Source: Auanema rhodensis
Lineage: Eukaryota; Animalia; Nematoda
DNA: 64,000 nucleotides
NCBI GenBank assembly: GCA_964057225.1
Contig: OZ059897.1
Span: forward strand, 16,740,001 to 16,804,000
Direction of reading: 5' to 3'
Part shown: in pieces, positions 24,275 to 37,599 of the stretch
Position numbering within the stretch: the first letter of the stretch is position 1
Layout of the letters: every line of letters starts with the position of its first letter
Notes under the pieces: generated by a model
Seen by the model: the letters and a program-made list of their open reading frames with translations, nothing else
Told to the model about the DNA's origin: nothing
Database searches by the model: none
Position numbers and translations under genes: made by a program

Positions 24275-24611
24275 TTTCTCCTAACTACTGTTTGCCAGAT
24301 TTTCTTTTATAGTACCAACAATAATTGTTTTTATTTATAGAATGTTCACTAATAACACGCTAAAAGTAAATAAATGATTCTTATTTCTGAGGCGACCTCA
24401 ATATTCTAAAGAACGTTAAATGTAATAAACGAATCATCTGAAGCTGTTATGATCTGGTGTAACTATACTAGTTTTCTGAAGTTATAAGTTCTATATATCT
24501 ACAAAAATATGACCAAAAATTTATTTTCAAAAAATAATCTCTAAAATAAATAACTACATAATATTGTTATTCAGACTATTTTATAAGTAAAAGCAAAAGA
24601 ATATGAGTTTT

Positions 24612-27600
24612 CTATTTTTGAGCTCCACGTGTCTTTCTTTTGTTAGGCAAAACAACATCTTGAAAATCATGCGTATTGGGCTCTGAATAGATGTTTATTT
24701 AAAAGAAGAAAATCAACCAGTGACCTCCAAGCAACATTCTTGAATACGATGGATGGTTTTTTGTGGGAAAAAGTAATCGTTGCAACTCCTAAATGTTAAG
24801 AGTGTTAAAAAATTGTGATGATTAACTTTATACTATCTTATGTTGTTTTCGTTTTGCATGAAGATGTATTTGATATATTAAGAAATATATTATTGGGAAT
24901 AGAATTGTGATCACGTCAACAATGTGAATCTGATATTAACCTTCTAATATCATTAATAGTAATGTTATAAACTAACAATTATGTTTTTGTCCTTATCTGG
25001 CATAATAGTGAACATTATGACGTATGCGATTCCGAAGAGTAGAATTAACTGGGAGATTGAGTAATAAAGAAAATGAGATATTTACCGTGAGCAGTGGCGT
25101 GATTACAATACGTAATAGTCCAATACGATAAGCTGATAGTTTATCCAATATTTCCTGTTTAATGTTTCTTGTTGTAACTCTCACTATTCTATATCTATCC
25201 AGAATTAATTCTAATGGTCCTGGTGAAATATATTATTGTTATACAGAAATTTATATAGAACAAAGAACAAACCATAAAGGAAAGCTATAGCAAATATTGC
25301 TAGAACAAGGAAGCAAGATCCCCAAAAAGATTGTACAACATGCCTGCCATATATTGCTACATGTCTACTCTAGAATCATGAAGTAAATTATGAATATCAC
25401 AACAATTCTGACATCCCCAATCAAAGATATCAATATATGAGCTAACGTTAATAGACATATCGAAGTTATAGTAACTGTTTTTCTTTTTGATGGGAAGTGG
25501 TCTTTTGCAAATGTATAGCAGATGAAATAAGGACCTGTAACTCAAGAATTTGCAACCAGAAATTGTCCAAGATTAAAACCTGCTAACTGTCCAATATTCA
25601 TTAATACCGAAACTATATAGTATAAATAAAATAAAAAACCAAAACTAGACAAAGTTCCAAAAAACTCTGGTATTACACGAGCATATTGTTTCACTAAGAA
25701 TATAATATAGTTAAAATATGAAACAGATGTTTTTTCTACCATCTTTCATGATTGTGGTTGAACTAATGTGATTCAACTTTTCAAATCTACCATGCATTGA
25801 TAAATTAACCAACAAAAATAGAATATCAATTATAGTACGCTTAAGGTACATAATAGTTGACCACTGAAAAAAATAGTTTTTAAATAGAAAATACTTCACT
25901 TACTTTGGAAGCATGGAATTGACGATGAAGATAACAGGCTATAGATAATATATAAAACTTCAAAGCGACCATTGAAAAACACATGAACGTTAAATCAACC
26001 AACATCTTTAAATATCGCTGCACCCTTAAGGCAAGTTTACTAAATACTCACCGGCATTTGAAATAACTTGTGAGCTTCAGTTAACCTAGCAAACTGTGAA
26101 AGCCCTAAGATCAAATCACCATACCATAAGACACCTATAGCATATATTATAATAGCAAGTGTAGTAATTATATCTGAAAATCTATTTTAAACAAGAAGAG
26201 ATAAAACTAATAACATGACACCGCCATGAATCCAGCAAGTGCAACAATTCCATTTAAAGCAATTAGGCCGATAACGAGCATGATACACACGGACGCGATT
26301 ATAAAAACTAAATCAAATGCTAGAGTCCTTTCTCTGATTCTTAAACAGGAAAGATGAAGCATTGAATATATAATAGTCCTACTGTTCCCATAGCGTTACA
26401 GCTGGTATAAGAACAACATTTCCTGGTTGTTCAAATTTACATTTCAATCCATTGGCAAAAGATGGAGTAAAATCTAATGAAGAATTATCACATCGAACGG
26501 CATGATACACTGATGTGCAACATGCTATGTAATAATTTTTATGATCCTCCTCCATACAATCTATGAAGATATATAAGATATATAGTTTAATTATTCATAT
26601 AATAATCATATAATTTGGTACCAGTTATTATACTTACTGTATTCGGAATAATTACATGATACCATTTTAGAAGGCGAACCGCCATTGCGAACGATGAAAC
26701 TAAGCTTATCCGCTGTTCGGTGCAGAGCAGCAGATTGAAAACAGAAAACAGTTACTAGCATACCCATTCCTATACCTAAATGGCTATTCAATTTGCAATC
26801 ATAAAAAAAGAGGTAAATTTACATCTGAACAGTCTTGCATATAAGCCAAAGACTTTTGTCATTCCAGCTCTTGTATATTGAGCAATACCAACAAATAGTT
26901 CAATAGGTGCGAAACCCACCAAGAAGTTTATGATAAAATAAAGGAGGACAAAGTAAACTGAAAAAAATTATAACATATGTATCTTTTTGATATTTACCTC
27001 CACCAAACTGTTTGGCATTTCTCGCTACTATATCTATTTGATTATTATCCATAAGAGAATACATAAGACATGCTGGTATAGCGTAGAATAAAGAAGGGTA
27101 TTTCTCAGAATGATCATTAACTGATACTAAAGTCAATGATGTTATTCATTGGTATTAAGTATAAACAATATACTTGATTGTAATGGTCCTAATGCATCAT
27201 CAAAATGTGTAAGTTCAGAACTTTCCTATTTAATTACAAAAAAGTTTAAAAACTAATCTTATCTATTCTTGAGAATGAAAATATATAACATCTTTGATAT
27301 TCTACTTACCGATTCAGCTGTTGCAAGCGTACCGTGTTCAATTTCAGTAATATTTTTTTTTAATATTTGATTATTGTCAGTATGTAACTGAACAAATTTA
27401 ATTTAAATTAAGAATGAATAACATACCGATTCTTCAGCTTGGGTAATATCTATTACATTATCATTAATTTTCTTTCGCTATAATAAATAAACTATAAGTT
27501 ACAACTAAACGTATATTCTATATTTACTTCAGAGGCTTCACGATTTGTATTTTCTTTTCCGCTGACTATAGCTTTCAATATTGTTCTTTCAGTTTTCTAA

Positions 27601-27713
27601 TTGTTCAAAAGCATTAAATCAAATACATATAAAGATCTTGATAATGAATAGTTAAACATGCCTTAGGTGTATTAACATCAGTAATTGACACAGCATTACT
27701 ATCTGGTTTCTTC
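24612..27713 (-). CDS. Multipass membrane protein of unknown family (exon chain partly ambiguous; may be more than one gene)
   Basis: About 20 short exons: hydrophilic N-terminus, several TM-like segments (YFVLLYFIINFLVGF; DLVFIIASVCIMLVIGLIAL; FGFLFYLYYIVSVLM; VITILFPIIYFLIY) and a Cys-rich loop (CMEEDHKNYYIACCTSVYHAVRC...LKC). Start not resolved; 3' frame ambiguous. Confidence 0.55.
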
Positions 27714-28098
27714 TAAAAACAAAAACAACATACAAGAATTTAAAGCACAGATAATAACATTTAAGGAATAAAAATTAATTTAAAAAAACAGTTTGAATTA
27801 GTAAATTGAAATCAAGAAATACCATAAGCTAGAAAGTACTCAGCTATAACCAGTTAATATCCAAACAAAAATAAAAATGAGATCCTACGTGTAAACGTGA
27901 ACCCTCAAGTTTTACATTATTTGGTATTTGAAATAAAAAATAATTAAAATTTAAGTAATTACTTAGTTAAATAATTAAATTGAGAAAATTGGATTTAAAA
28001 ATTTATTAAAAGAGTCTTGTTTATTCTTAAAATTTATTTTTTTTCGCTTATTTTTTTACTGAAAGAAATTAAATAATGTTATTTTTTAAGTTTTAAGG

Positions 28099-29176
28099 TC
28101 ACTTGTTCTCATTTTGTGGAACTTTTGCTAACGCCACTCCTTTACAATCATTCCCAATTCGCTTTGTTTGTGGGTTTTCTTCAGCTATACGTACATTTCC
28201 GGCTGGGAGTCCATTTTTTTCATTTATTAGAATACCCTTCTGAAAAAAAAAGCACATAAAATAGAATATCAAAAATCAAACAAGTGTCATAGGCTTTTCC
28301 TGAATTTTTATTTGAAATCGTTGCATGATATCTCGAACATCAGATGCAACTTCCACAGATGGAGGCTGAATTAATGAAGATTCCAAAGCATTCTATAACT
28401 GTTTCATGTTCATTCTCATTCAATTAAAATTGTTTTAATTTTCGATTGTTATTCTACCTCCATAAACGTTTTCGCAGCTTCCTCAACAGGTCGACCAACA
28501 ACCATATCAACAATTTTGTTATTCTTTATTAAAAAATTATTTTTATTCTTTTTAGTATATGAAACCTGAAGCGATTTGATTATAAGGTTCTTGCATATTT
28601 CTTTATCCGAAACAGGAAGTCCATTAACATCAACAATAAGATCGAGAATTTTTAATTCCCCAGCGATCATTGATCCTTAACAATAAATTTGAAATTTCAC
28701 ATCCAAAAACATTAATTCAAAATATTAAAAAAATATATTAACTCCTTTTTTTTTAATCTAAATACCTTCTTCAACTTTATTCACAATTACCATATTCTTA
28801 TAATCTTTAATACCTAAACCAAATTTTAGGCCTTTTTGTAAACCTATGGTCAGCAGGAAATATTCAAAACTTTAATAATAAAATTAGATTTGTATCAGTT
28901 TAAGAAAGACTTACCCTTCCTTTTCAGTAAATTTTTTTTCTCTTTCTTTTGGAACTTTTTGTTTTTCATTTTCGCCTTTTTGTAGCTTTGTGTTGTAATC
29001 AGCATTTTGTTTGTCCCAAAAAATCGTTTATTAATAATTAATAAATATAAAGAAAATAAAAAGTATAATATATACAAATTTATTAGAAGTTTTCTGTAAA
29101 GTTTCTTTTTAGTTTCAACAAAATCATAATCAAATAATTTAAATTTAAAATGACATACATCTTGTAACTCGACCAT
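28099..29176 (-). CDS. SMZ-1/2-like nematode sperm PDZ-domain protein (only one PDZ traceable)
   Basis: KEGFEYFLLTIGLQKGLKFGLGIKDYKNMVIVNKVEEGSMIAGELKILDLIVDVNGLPVSDKEICKNLIIKSLQ...VVGRP...QPPSVEVASDVRDI...IGND resembles the C-terminal half of the nematode sperm PDZ family. 5' exon (MVELQD) tentative. Confidence 0.72.
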
Positions 29177-29374
29177 TCTATACAATATTGTGGCGGAAAA
29201 TGACCACTGTTTCACGTGCACAGGTATGATACAGACAAATCCCAATAATGGAATAATGACAGGCTGACAATTGAAATATCATATTTTTTATTCTAAGAAA
29301 TTAGAAAAAAAAACTTAAAAAGAATGGAATCAACTATTTTCTACTTTCTAGAAAAATAATTATAAATTCAAAAA

Positions 29375-29973
29375 TTAAGTGACAATTTTCTTGGTGTTTG
29401 TTGACAAGGGGATAGATCCCGCGAATGATGAAACACGTTTGGTGAGCATAATCCTTGGTTTCTAAAAAAATTGAAGTAAGATCTCTGGATATTCATTATT
29501 ATTATGAGACAAAATGTTAGCAAGAGCTGAATGAACTACTAACCTGAACTGTTGCTGTCGGGCGCAGAGGAGCCGTAGATGAGCGATCCACTGAAATATG
29601 AGATGTGAAATAGAATTGTTATGAATAATATCTTACAACTTCTTCCTTGTGAGAGAGCTCGCTTAGGCAATGTAGCTTTAGTTTTTTCATCAGCTGGATA
29701 TTTGGAAAAAACTTTTCGACACTTAAATGAAACATTTCATATGACAAGATTACGATAATCATCTTTTACTGACCTCATGATGAAGCTGAAGCAGTCCTTC
29801 TTTAGATTCTGGACTATCAACAGCTAGGTATTGAATAAGGCGAATATAATGATCATCCCCCAACTCTGAGTCTGAATACAATTCATTTAATCTAACAAAT
29901 AGCATTGATAATACTTACCAATATGATCAAAATCTTTGTCATAGAGTTGTTCTTCTTCAAAAGTGGATGTCAT
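29375..29973 (-). CDS. Small orphan protein (five exons)
   Basis: MTSTFEEEQLYDKDFDHI / DSELGDDHYIRLIQYLAVDSPESKEGLLQLHHE / CRKVFSKYPADEK... / ...SSTAPLRPTATVQ / KPRIMLTKRVSSF...KIVT* with canonical splice sites. Confidence 0.62.
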
Positions 29974-32900
29974 ATCGTAACACTGATTATAAAATATTAG
30001 TTTATAACTAGAAACAATTGTAAACTAAAAGAAGATTATTCATTAATTAAGAAAAAAAGAAAGGGATGATCTAAAATAATGGAGATAGAACATGAAGAGC
30101 ATTGAATAAGAATGCCAAATGGAAACTGTTCTGGTTTTTTTTCAAAATTATGTTTCTGTTGTTTCTCGTAAAAAACAGCTTATTTTGACTTTTCCTTCTG
30201 TTTTTCATTTTTCTACCTCATCTCTTTTCCTTTCTCTCTTTCTCTCTTTCTTTATCATCTTTGATCATAAATGACCTTAATTTTTGCACACTGCTTTCAA
30301 TAACAACATGCTCTTCCAGCGGAGCATGGTAATTGATGCCCAATATCAGCTGAAGCATTCAGCAGAAAATAGTGCAAAAAATATTTATAAATGACGAATT
30401 GTGCAAAAAAAATCATCAAATATTAGAATAGATCAAAACTGAATTTTATAGAATATTCTTTTCATTGAATAAAAAAATTAAAAATTCATGATAGACTAGC
30501 TAGTTGGATATCACAGAGAAGATTGAACATATTTCGCAATTGGTGCCGAAGCATAAAATAAGAATTAGCGGAAATAAACATTTTTTGGCAAATTCTCAGT
30601 AGAATAGATTATCTTACCAAATGTTTGAACACAATATGAAATATCCCGCAGAGAAAATGTTCGAAGTAAAAAATGTTTTATAGAAGCTATTATATGAAAG
30701 ATAGAAAGATTTGTTCACAAGACAATCTTAAACCTTATATGAGTAAGCATAAAGTTTGACGAAATTCTTTTACTACAGCCAGTCGAAATATAACCAAATA
30801 AACTGACAAGGTTGAAAATTGAACAAAAAAGATTTAATAACAGAAAAGTGGAAACGTTGTTCAACTTAATTCAGCTTATTTGATCAGACTGTCTTGCAAA
30901 AGATTAACAAAGAAGAACGACACAACATCTAAATAGTTGTTAAAGTACAAATGTTCAGCTCAGATACATGCATAATGCACATGAATAAAGCCATCATAAG
31001 AACTTTAAGTTTTGTAATTTCGAATTAGGCGATTTACGAGAAACATACATGAATAACATTGAGAAAAGTTCAATATGAATATAAAAAGTTCATTATGAGA
31101 GTAAGAAGGCGCTTGCACAAGCTCTATAAAGTGTTATATACCAGATAGTAAATATCAGAAGCACGCCCTTCACGGCATTCCTTCTCTTTGTCACTTTAAG
31201 TTACCTTCTCTCTCTTTCTATATTTTTTATTATTATATCTACATATATCTACATATGTATACATAATACATATAGTTCACTATATTCTTTTTTTTCTTCT
31301 TGTTCAACAACAAGGAATTTAATGAAAAAAAAATAACATAGGAACTGCGAATATCATGTTGTTTTTAAGAGTAGGAAAAGAAATTAAAAATTAATACAAA
31401 GTCGAATTCGTTGACCTTCATTATTCTACGAGATATCCATGTCTATCTCTTTTTTTTGTTCTTCTATAGTATAATACTACATCACATCTTAAGTTACAAT
31501 GTGAATATTTGTTACTTTGTATATTAATAAATTTTTTATGAAGAATGATGTGAATGAATATGTCTACCATAGAATTTTGTTTTAGAGATTTTTGTTATCT
31601 ATTATACAATAAAATTACATTAAACTAATGAATATTGGTAGTTTTGTTTTTAATTTGTTCGACAAACTTATTTTAAAATAAAAGAAAACTATTCAATAAC
31701 TTACTTGCTCACGAAGTAAATAATTAACTTTCTTTAGAGATTGAGCATATGTAACTGATATCCTTCTGCTTTAAATATGGTCTTAGTAAGACGTGCTGGT
31801 GAATTCCAAGAAAATGAATTAAATGTGAAAAGAAAAATTTAAAATTAAACAAATTTTAGAAGTTTATTGATATCTACATAAATGAGAATGTATGCACATG
31901 TTCTAAGAAGAATATCTATGAAAACTTAAAAAAGAAAAACAAAGAAAAAACATTTGGACATTCATAGTAGAACTAAACGTCAATCATTTTATGAACAAAT
32001 GTATATTATATCTTCAATCAACAAACATATTATTATTTTAATGAAAATTATATTTTCTTTCATATAAGATATTTTGAAGAATATATTCAGTTTAATCTAG
32101 TTTAATCAAAGTTTTAAGCATTATTATATGTTTATTATGATTTAAGATTGTTAATAATATTAATTTCATGAATGTTTAAATTAATCTATTAAAATAATAA
32201 ACAAATTAAATAAAAGTTCTATAGAACCAAAACTTTAAGACATGTGCTGTGGTTATAGCAAGAAATTCCATATGAAACAAAGTCCGAAAGTAGATTGAAC
32301 TGCTGATGATTCTGGAATCTCTCTCGTTTCAAGGACATTTCATTATATTAATAGATCAAACATATTTATTTATAACTTATTAAACATGTTCTTTGTTTTT
32401 AAACTTATCAACAAATAGTTTAAATTAAAATTTGCTGTAATGTAATATACAAAACGATTTCAATTCAAAGCAACATTATTTCTGATATTTTCAAATTTTT
32501 TTCTTGTTGGAAGCTTGCAATTTAAATTATATCTATATATATCGATTAAAATAATTCTTAAAACATATTTTCAATATTTATTTTGAGAAAACAGATTCTT
32601 ATTCAGACAAATTCAAGAATGAATAGAATGCTACTGATGTTAGTTGTTCTTTGTTCATAAGAAAACATGAATAAAACTGAATGACGCTACTTGATCATCT
32701 GGTTACAAATGATAAGTGACGTTAAACATTCACGAATGTGATCCCGATCTATCTATTCCAATGATTCATCGAATGGTGGCAAATCGACTTTTGTTCAATG
32801 ATATAAATGTTAAGTGGAATAAGCATCATACTTTTGTGTAGACATGTTGGAAGTTTCTTTTGTCTTATTGGAAAAAAAGAAAAACTTATTTTCTTTCATA

Positions 32901-33251
32901 TATTTTACTTTAAATTCTTTTAAATGAAAAGCTCAAACTACTGTATGAAGCTTTTATTGAAACAGGTTATTCCACTCTTCACCTTCAGATTACTGTACCT
33001 TACAGTACCTTGGATTGGCCAGTGTTCGTGTTATCAATAACATAATATTAGTAATGAAATTGTTTATTTTAAATAATTAATTATTATATCATATATTATA
33101 CGCGTAAAAAAAGTACATTTTTTAGATTGATATGTCAAAAACAATGTGTTGAAAATATCAAAAAAAAGGCTGCTTGTCATGGGAATATCTGTACAAGAAG
33201 ATCGAATGTTTGATTTGAGATCCAATTTATTGGTAAAATATGGCAACACAG

Positions 33252-33774
33252 TTAGATACCACTTCGACTGCGACGTTGGAAAATCTGAAATTAGAATGAT
33301 TCAATGAAAAAGAATATAGTTTGGAATTCAAATTATATTAACTCTTAGAATGTTGTGATTAAAGCTGTATCAAAAAACTTACATCTGCGAGGCGAAGACG
33401 TTTGAATTGACGGAAGTGAAGTCCACCGCGTCCATCTAAGAAGAAGTTGGCAGACTTATCAGATTTGAATGTCTCGTATCTGTAATATTTTGATTTAGAA
33501 AATCAAATATTTCTAATGTGCAAAATGTTTAAACTCACTCGGCAATCTTTGGATTTGGTTTATCAATTCCTTGAGGAACAGATTTGGCAATGAATCCAAG
33601 TAGTCGCTGACTTCTAATTTGTTCTTCTTTCTTGAGTAAATTATCATAAAGACTTGAGAGATCAGAACATAGAACTGAAAAATGATTGAATTACTTTAGA
33701 AAAAATTGAAATCAAAGTTTACCAGGATAGGCCAGGATGCAGAACATTACTGTAAAACAGATTAAACTATTCAT
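33252..33774 (-). CDS. Secreted neuropeptide-like precursor (~105 aa)
   Basis: Four exons; signal peptide MNSLICFTVMFCILAYPVLCS; C-terminal GR, KR and RRSR sites around GGLHFRQF and LRLADIFQ. Confidence 0.7.
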
Positions 33775-34719
33775 GGCTTGAGAGTTAAATGACCAAATTC
33801 TTGATTTAAGTCAAGCATTTTTGAAGCTGTCTTATATGAACCATATATGTGGGTGGAGTCACGATCATTGTTGATATGACGTAAATAAAACGAGGAATCA
33901 TTCATATCGTAAGAGAATCAGGCGCTTCTGTAGCTCCTGATTTTTCAGAGACAACCCCCGGAAGCTGGTATCGGTGATCGGCGCAATGTAGGTAGAGCAA
34001 CTCTCTGGGTTCACCACACTATTTCGGCATCGGAAGCATTTATCTTTGAACGTTCGTGGTTATAATTAGAAAAACTGAATCAAGTTCTTAAAAATATTGT
34101 TATCTTTCATTTCAACTTTGGTCAACATAGGCAGTCCATAACAATGTGAACATAAGCATGTTGATAGTTTAATTAGATGATCAAATTGTACACATAAGTA
34201 CGTATGTAAAACAACAAATGTAAAATTTTACTAATGAAAATGTGTACTTTTCAATATAAAGTTTTTTTAAATCATTTATAAATCGTCTAAACTACGAAAT
34301 AATAACATATATTCAATTTACATTAGTTTTAATCTAAAACAATCAACCATTCATTTTTGATTATTCTCTTTTGTTCATTATATATAACCGATTATCATTA
34401 GACTCTTAATCTAAAATTTATATAATAGAATATCAATGTTTGGACAGAAATTGGCATTTCTTCTGACAATACCTTGCTCATTCAGTTTCCTCAACTTTTC
34501 AATCTTTAAAATTCAATTTCATTGTAAATATGTCTTTTCAAATCTAAGCCTTTTATCACCAACATAAGAAGAAATCTATAAAAAGATGTTTTAATACTTT
34601 TTTTATTTAAAAAATCAATGTAGTTTCCATTTACTAACGATACATTGAAAAGATTTCTGAGTATTTAATTTGTGTTAACTATTCAGAAAGAGGGTTTTTT
34701 TTTCATTTTTCTACAACAA

Positions 34720-35560
34720 TGTGTGACGTAACTGAACAAAAGAGATCAAAATTTACTTCTTCATCTTCCAACGACCCAAGTCATACGAATGATGAAGGCC
34801 ATTGATAATATGATCGTCTATCATTCAACTTTCCTTACATTGATCATAACCAAATGCGATGAACAAAAATTTTTGTATTTCTAATTCTAGTTCCTATTTT
34901 CTACGAATTCTGTCAGAAGAAAATCTGGTAATTCTTTCATTTATTTAACAACTGACACAGAAAAAATATAATTTAGAAAACATGGATGGAAAACGGTGAA
35001 GAAAGCGCGCAAAAAATAAGACCTTTTATGTTTCATGATACGGTGGAATTCAGGAACAAATTAGGCGACCTTACATGGAAATTAGATATTTTAACTCACA
35101 TTGGACTATACAAAAAAAAGGTAAGAAAACCTACATATTTATTATTTCCAGTGAAATAAAAGACAAATTTAAGACAAAGAAAAATGGGGTGAGAAAACTA
35201 AAACATGCCTATCTGGAACATTGACCATGAAAGCCATGTATCCAGCTTAAGCTATAGAACATCTGTAAGATTCCATCAAACCTATCACCGCTTTCAGACG
35301 AACAAAACAACTTAACTTTGACCAAAAGCATGCTTCGAAAATTAATAGTTAAATAGGTCTTAAAAAGAGAATTGAAACCCGTTTTCTATAATATAGTCTT
35401 GGAAGCTATTAACCGGGACATCACTACCTATTCTGTAAACATTATCAAGAAGAAGTACACTATAACTCAGAACTTTCCATTGTAGGACAAAAACTAAAAA
35501 CTGTATGAGCAGAGAAAGCCTTACGTCCAACAATAAAAGAAGAAAACATAAGGTAAAGAA
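34720..35560 (+). CDS. Possible fast-evolving multi-exon gene or pseudogene
   Basis: One convincing exon tttag|KTWMENGEESAQKIRPFMFHDTVEFRNKLGDLTWKLDILTHIGLYKKK|gtaag (~34977-35120) and exon-like flanking blocks; a full in-phase chain could not be built. Confidence 0.3.
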
Positions 35561-35776
35561 GCTCTTCAGATCAATAATATTAGAAAAAAAGATTCTTAGA
35601 ACCAAGCTGTATGATCAACTTGAAATATGAGAGTCAACTTCTGAACATGATAAACAGTATGGTGGGTCATGCTGGTTGAGTAACAACAATGAAATAATTA
35701 AACTAAAAACGACAAAATAAGCATTAAATAAATTACAATAAACAGAAGCTTCGCCAACCTCATAATCAACAATCAA

Positions 35777-37055
35777 CTATGACGATGCTTCATTAGTAGA
35801 AGGAAAGGATTTCCCTTTTTTGCTCTTTCGATTTTTTCGTTGAGCTTGAGATTGCCCAGAATCAATATTAAACTGGAATTATAATAAATTATTCAATTAA
35901 GGATCACTCGTTTACCTGCATAGATGCACCCAGGGTTCCTGGAGGATATATAGCTATCGGTGGGCGTCTATAACATAATTTTAGAAAAAACATTTTAACA
36001 GCTATATGTACCCATAAGATACTTGCATAGCCTGAGGCTGTGGTATAGCAGTAGGCATTGGAGCATAGTACTGTCCAGTAGGAGCATACTGGGCTATTGG
36101 AACATGTGTATAAGGAAGATTCAACATAGGTGGTGGACGAGAAGCATCAAAATATGGAACGTACGGCTGAAATAAAACAATGTACATAAACAAAATTAAT
36201 CAACAAACTTGTGAGGGTGGCATGGGAGGAGGCGCAGGAAAATGTTGAGGATATTTCATTTGTTGATGTCTACTAGTATCTTCAGGAGGCATCATTCCAG
36301 GCACAAAGAGGGGAACCGGTTCTGGTTGACGCACTACCCGAATTTGTTCAGGAGATTTATTTCTGAAAGGGAACCATATGTTTTTTTTTTTCTAATAGCA
36401 GTTTTGTTTCTAACCGACCTGCTAACTGTAGGCACAGATGGTGCAGGAACTGTGGACTCAGGCTTATAATCCGAGCCTAAAATTCTGTTACGCGCTTCGT
36501 CATAAGCCGCTTGTCGTTGCTAAGAAGAATAAGAAATTATTAAAAATTTTCCCCTTTCCTAATGATTACCTCAAGCGTGGGCTTCATTGTACGTGATCGG
36601 GCTTCTTCTTCTCTTTGAAGTTTAACCTCTTCTTCTTTGAGCTGATCACCACTTTTTGGTCGTCGCAGAATTTGCATCTTTAAAGGTGGGACATTGGTGT
36701 TAATGGACTGAGTACTGCAAATAATATTGTTTCAAAATGTCAGTAAAAGTAATAAGCTTACTTTGATGAACATTTGACATCAGCGGCTCTTGCACGTTCA
36801 CGGGCTTCTTTATCTTCTTTTTCCTTCTGCTGGATTTGAACCTGTAAAGTTAAGAATAAATATATATAAGATGAGGAAAAGTAAAATACTTGTCTCAATC
36901 GATCCTCTAGCTGCTTTGTACGAGCGTCTTCTGCAGCTTTATCATCATTATCCCAATCTTCAGCTACTTCTGGAGATGAATCTGCTGCTGGAACTTAAAA
37001 AATATTTCATAACTTCGAAAATGAACTTATCAATACCTTGAACAATGGTACTCAT
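35777..37055 (-). CDS. szy-20: SUZ-domain RNA-binding protein (SZRD1)
   Basis: VAEDWD N-terminal motif, MQILRRP, PTLEQRQAAYDEARNRILG (SUZ), VVRQP (SUZ-C-like), Pro-rich tail. Confidence 0.88.
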
Positions 37056-37599
37056 ATCCAGAAGAATCGACCCAAAAAGAGATCGATGATCTTAAAAAAA
37101 ATACATTACGTGGTCAAATCAAAGTTAATTGGAGAAGATCCCTTAAAGAAAATGAAAAACATGAATATTTTTATTTCAGACACATGCAAAACTCTATTTA
37201 GTATAACTTCATCAGTTCAAACAGTTACTATAAATATATTAATAACGTAAAATGTGGATAACATAGAACTCTAAAAACGTATTTTGCATGCAATTTGTAC
37301 GCAAGTACGCAAGTCTCATATATATAATATTTTGTACACAAGGGTCCTAGCTTTCATTTGAAACATACTTAAATAACTTAAATTATGTTTTAAGATAATT
37401 GTTTCGATATAATCTTCTAGCTTTTCATAAGTTTGCATATTTTTCTAATACCTTTAATTTTTTACTTCAAAGAAATTGCACTTTTATATTGAAAAAGAGA
37501 TATTATTTGATCCTTTAATTTAATAATTTCATTACTGTTTGAATTTGATCCTATTCTTAGTTCTTTTAACGATTTTTATGATTTATTGTAATTTTTAGA

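Noticed and set aside
27597-27680. GC-AG intron (AAG|GCATGT) in the multipass gene
   Set aside because: An in-phase GT donor (GAT|GTTAAT) 15 nt upstream explains the junction equally well; undecidable without reads.
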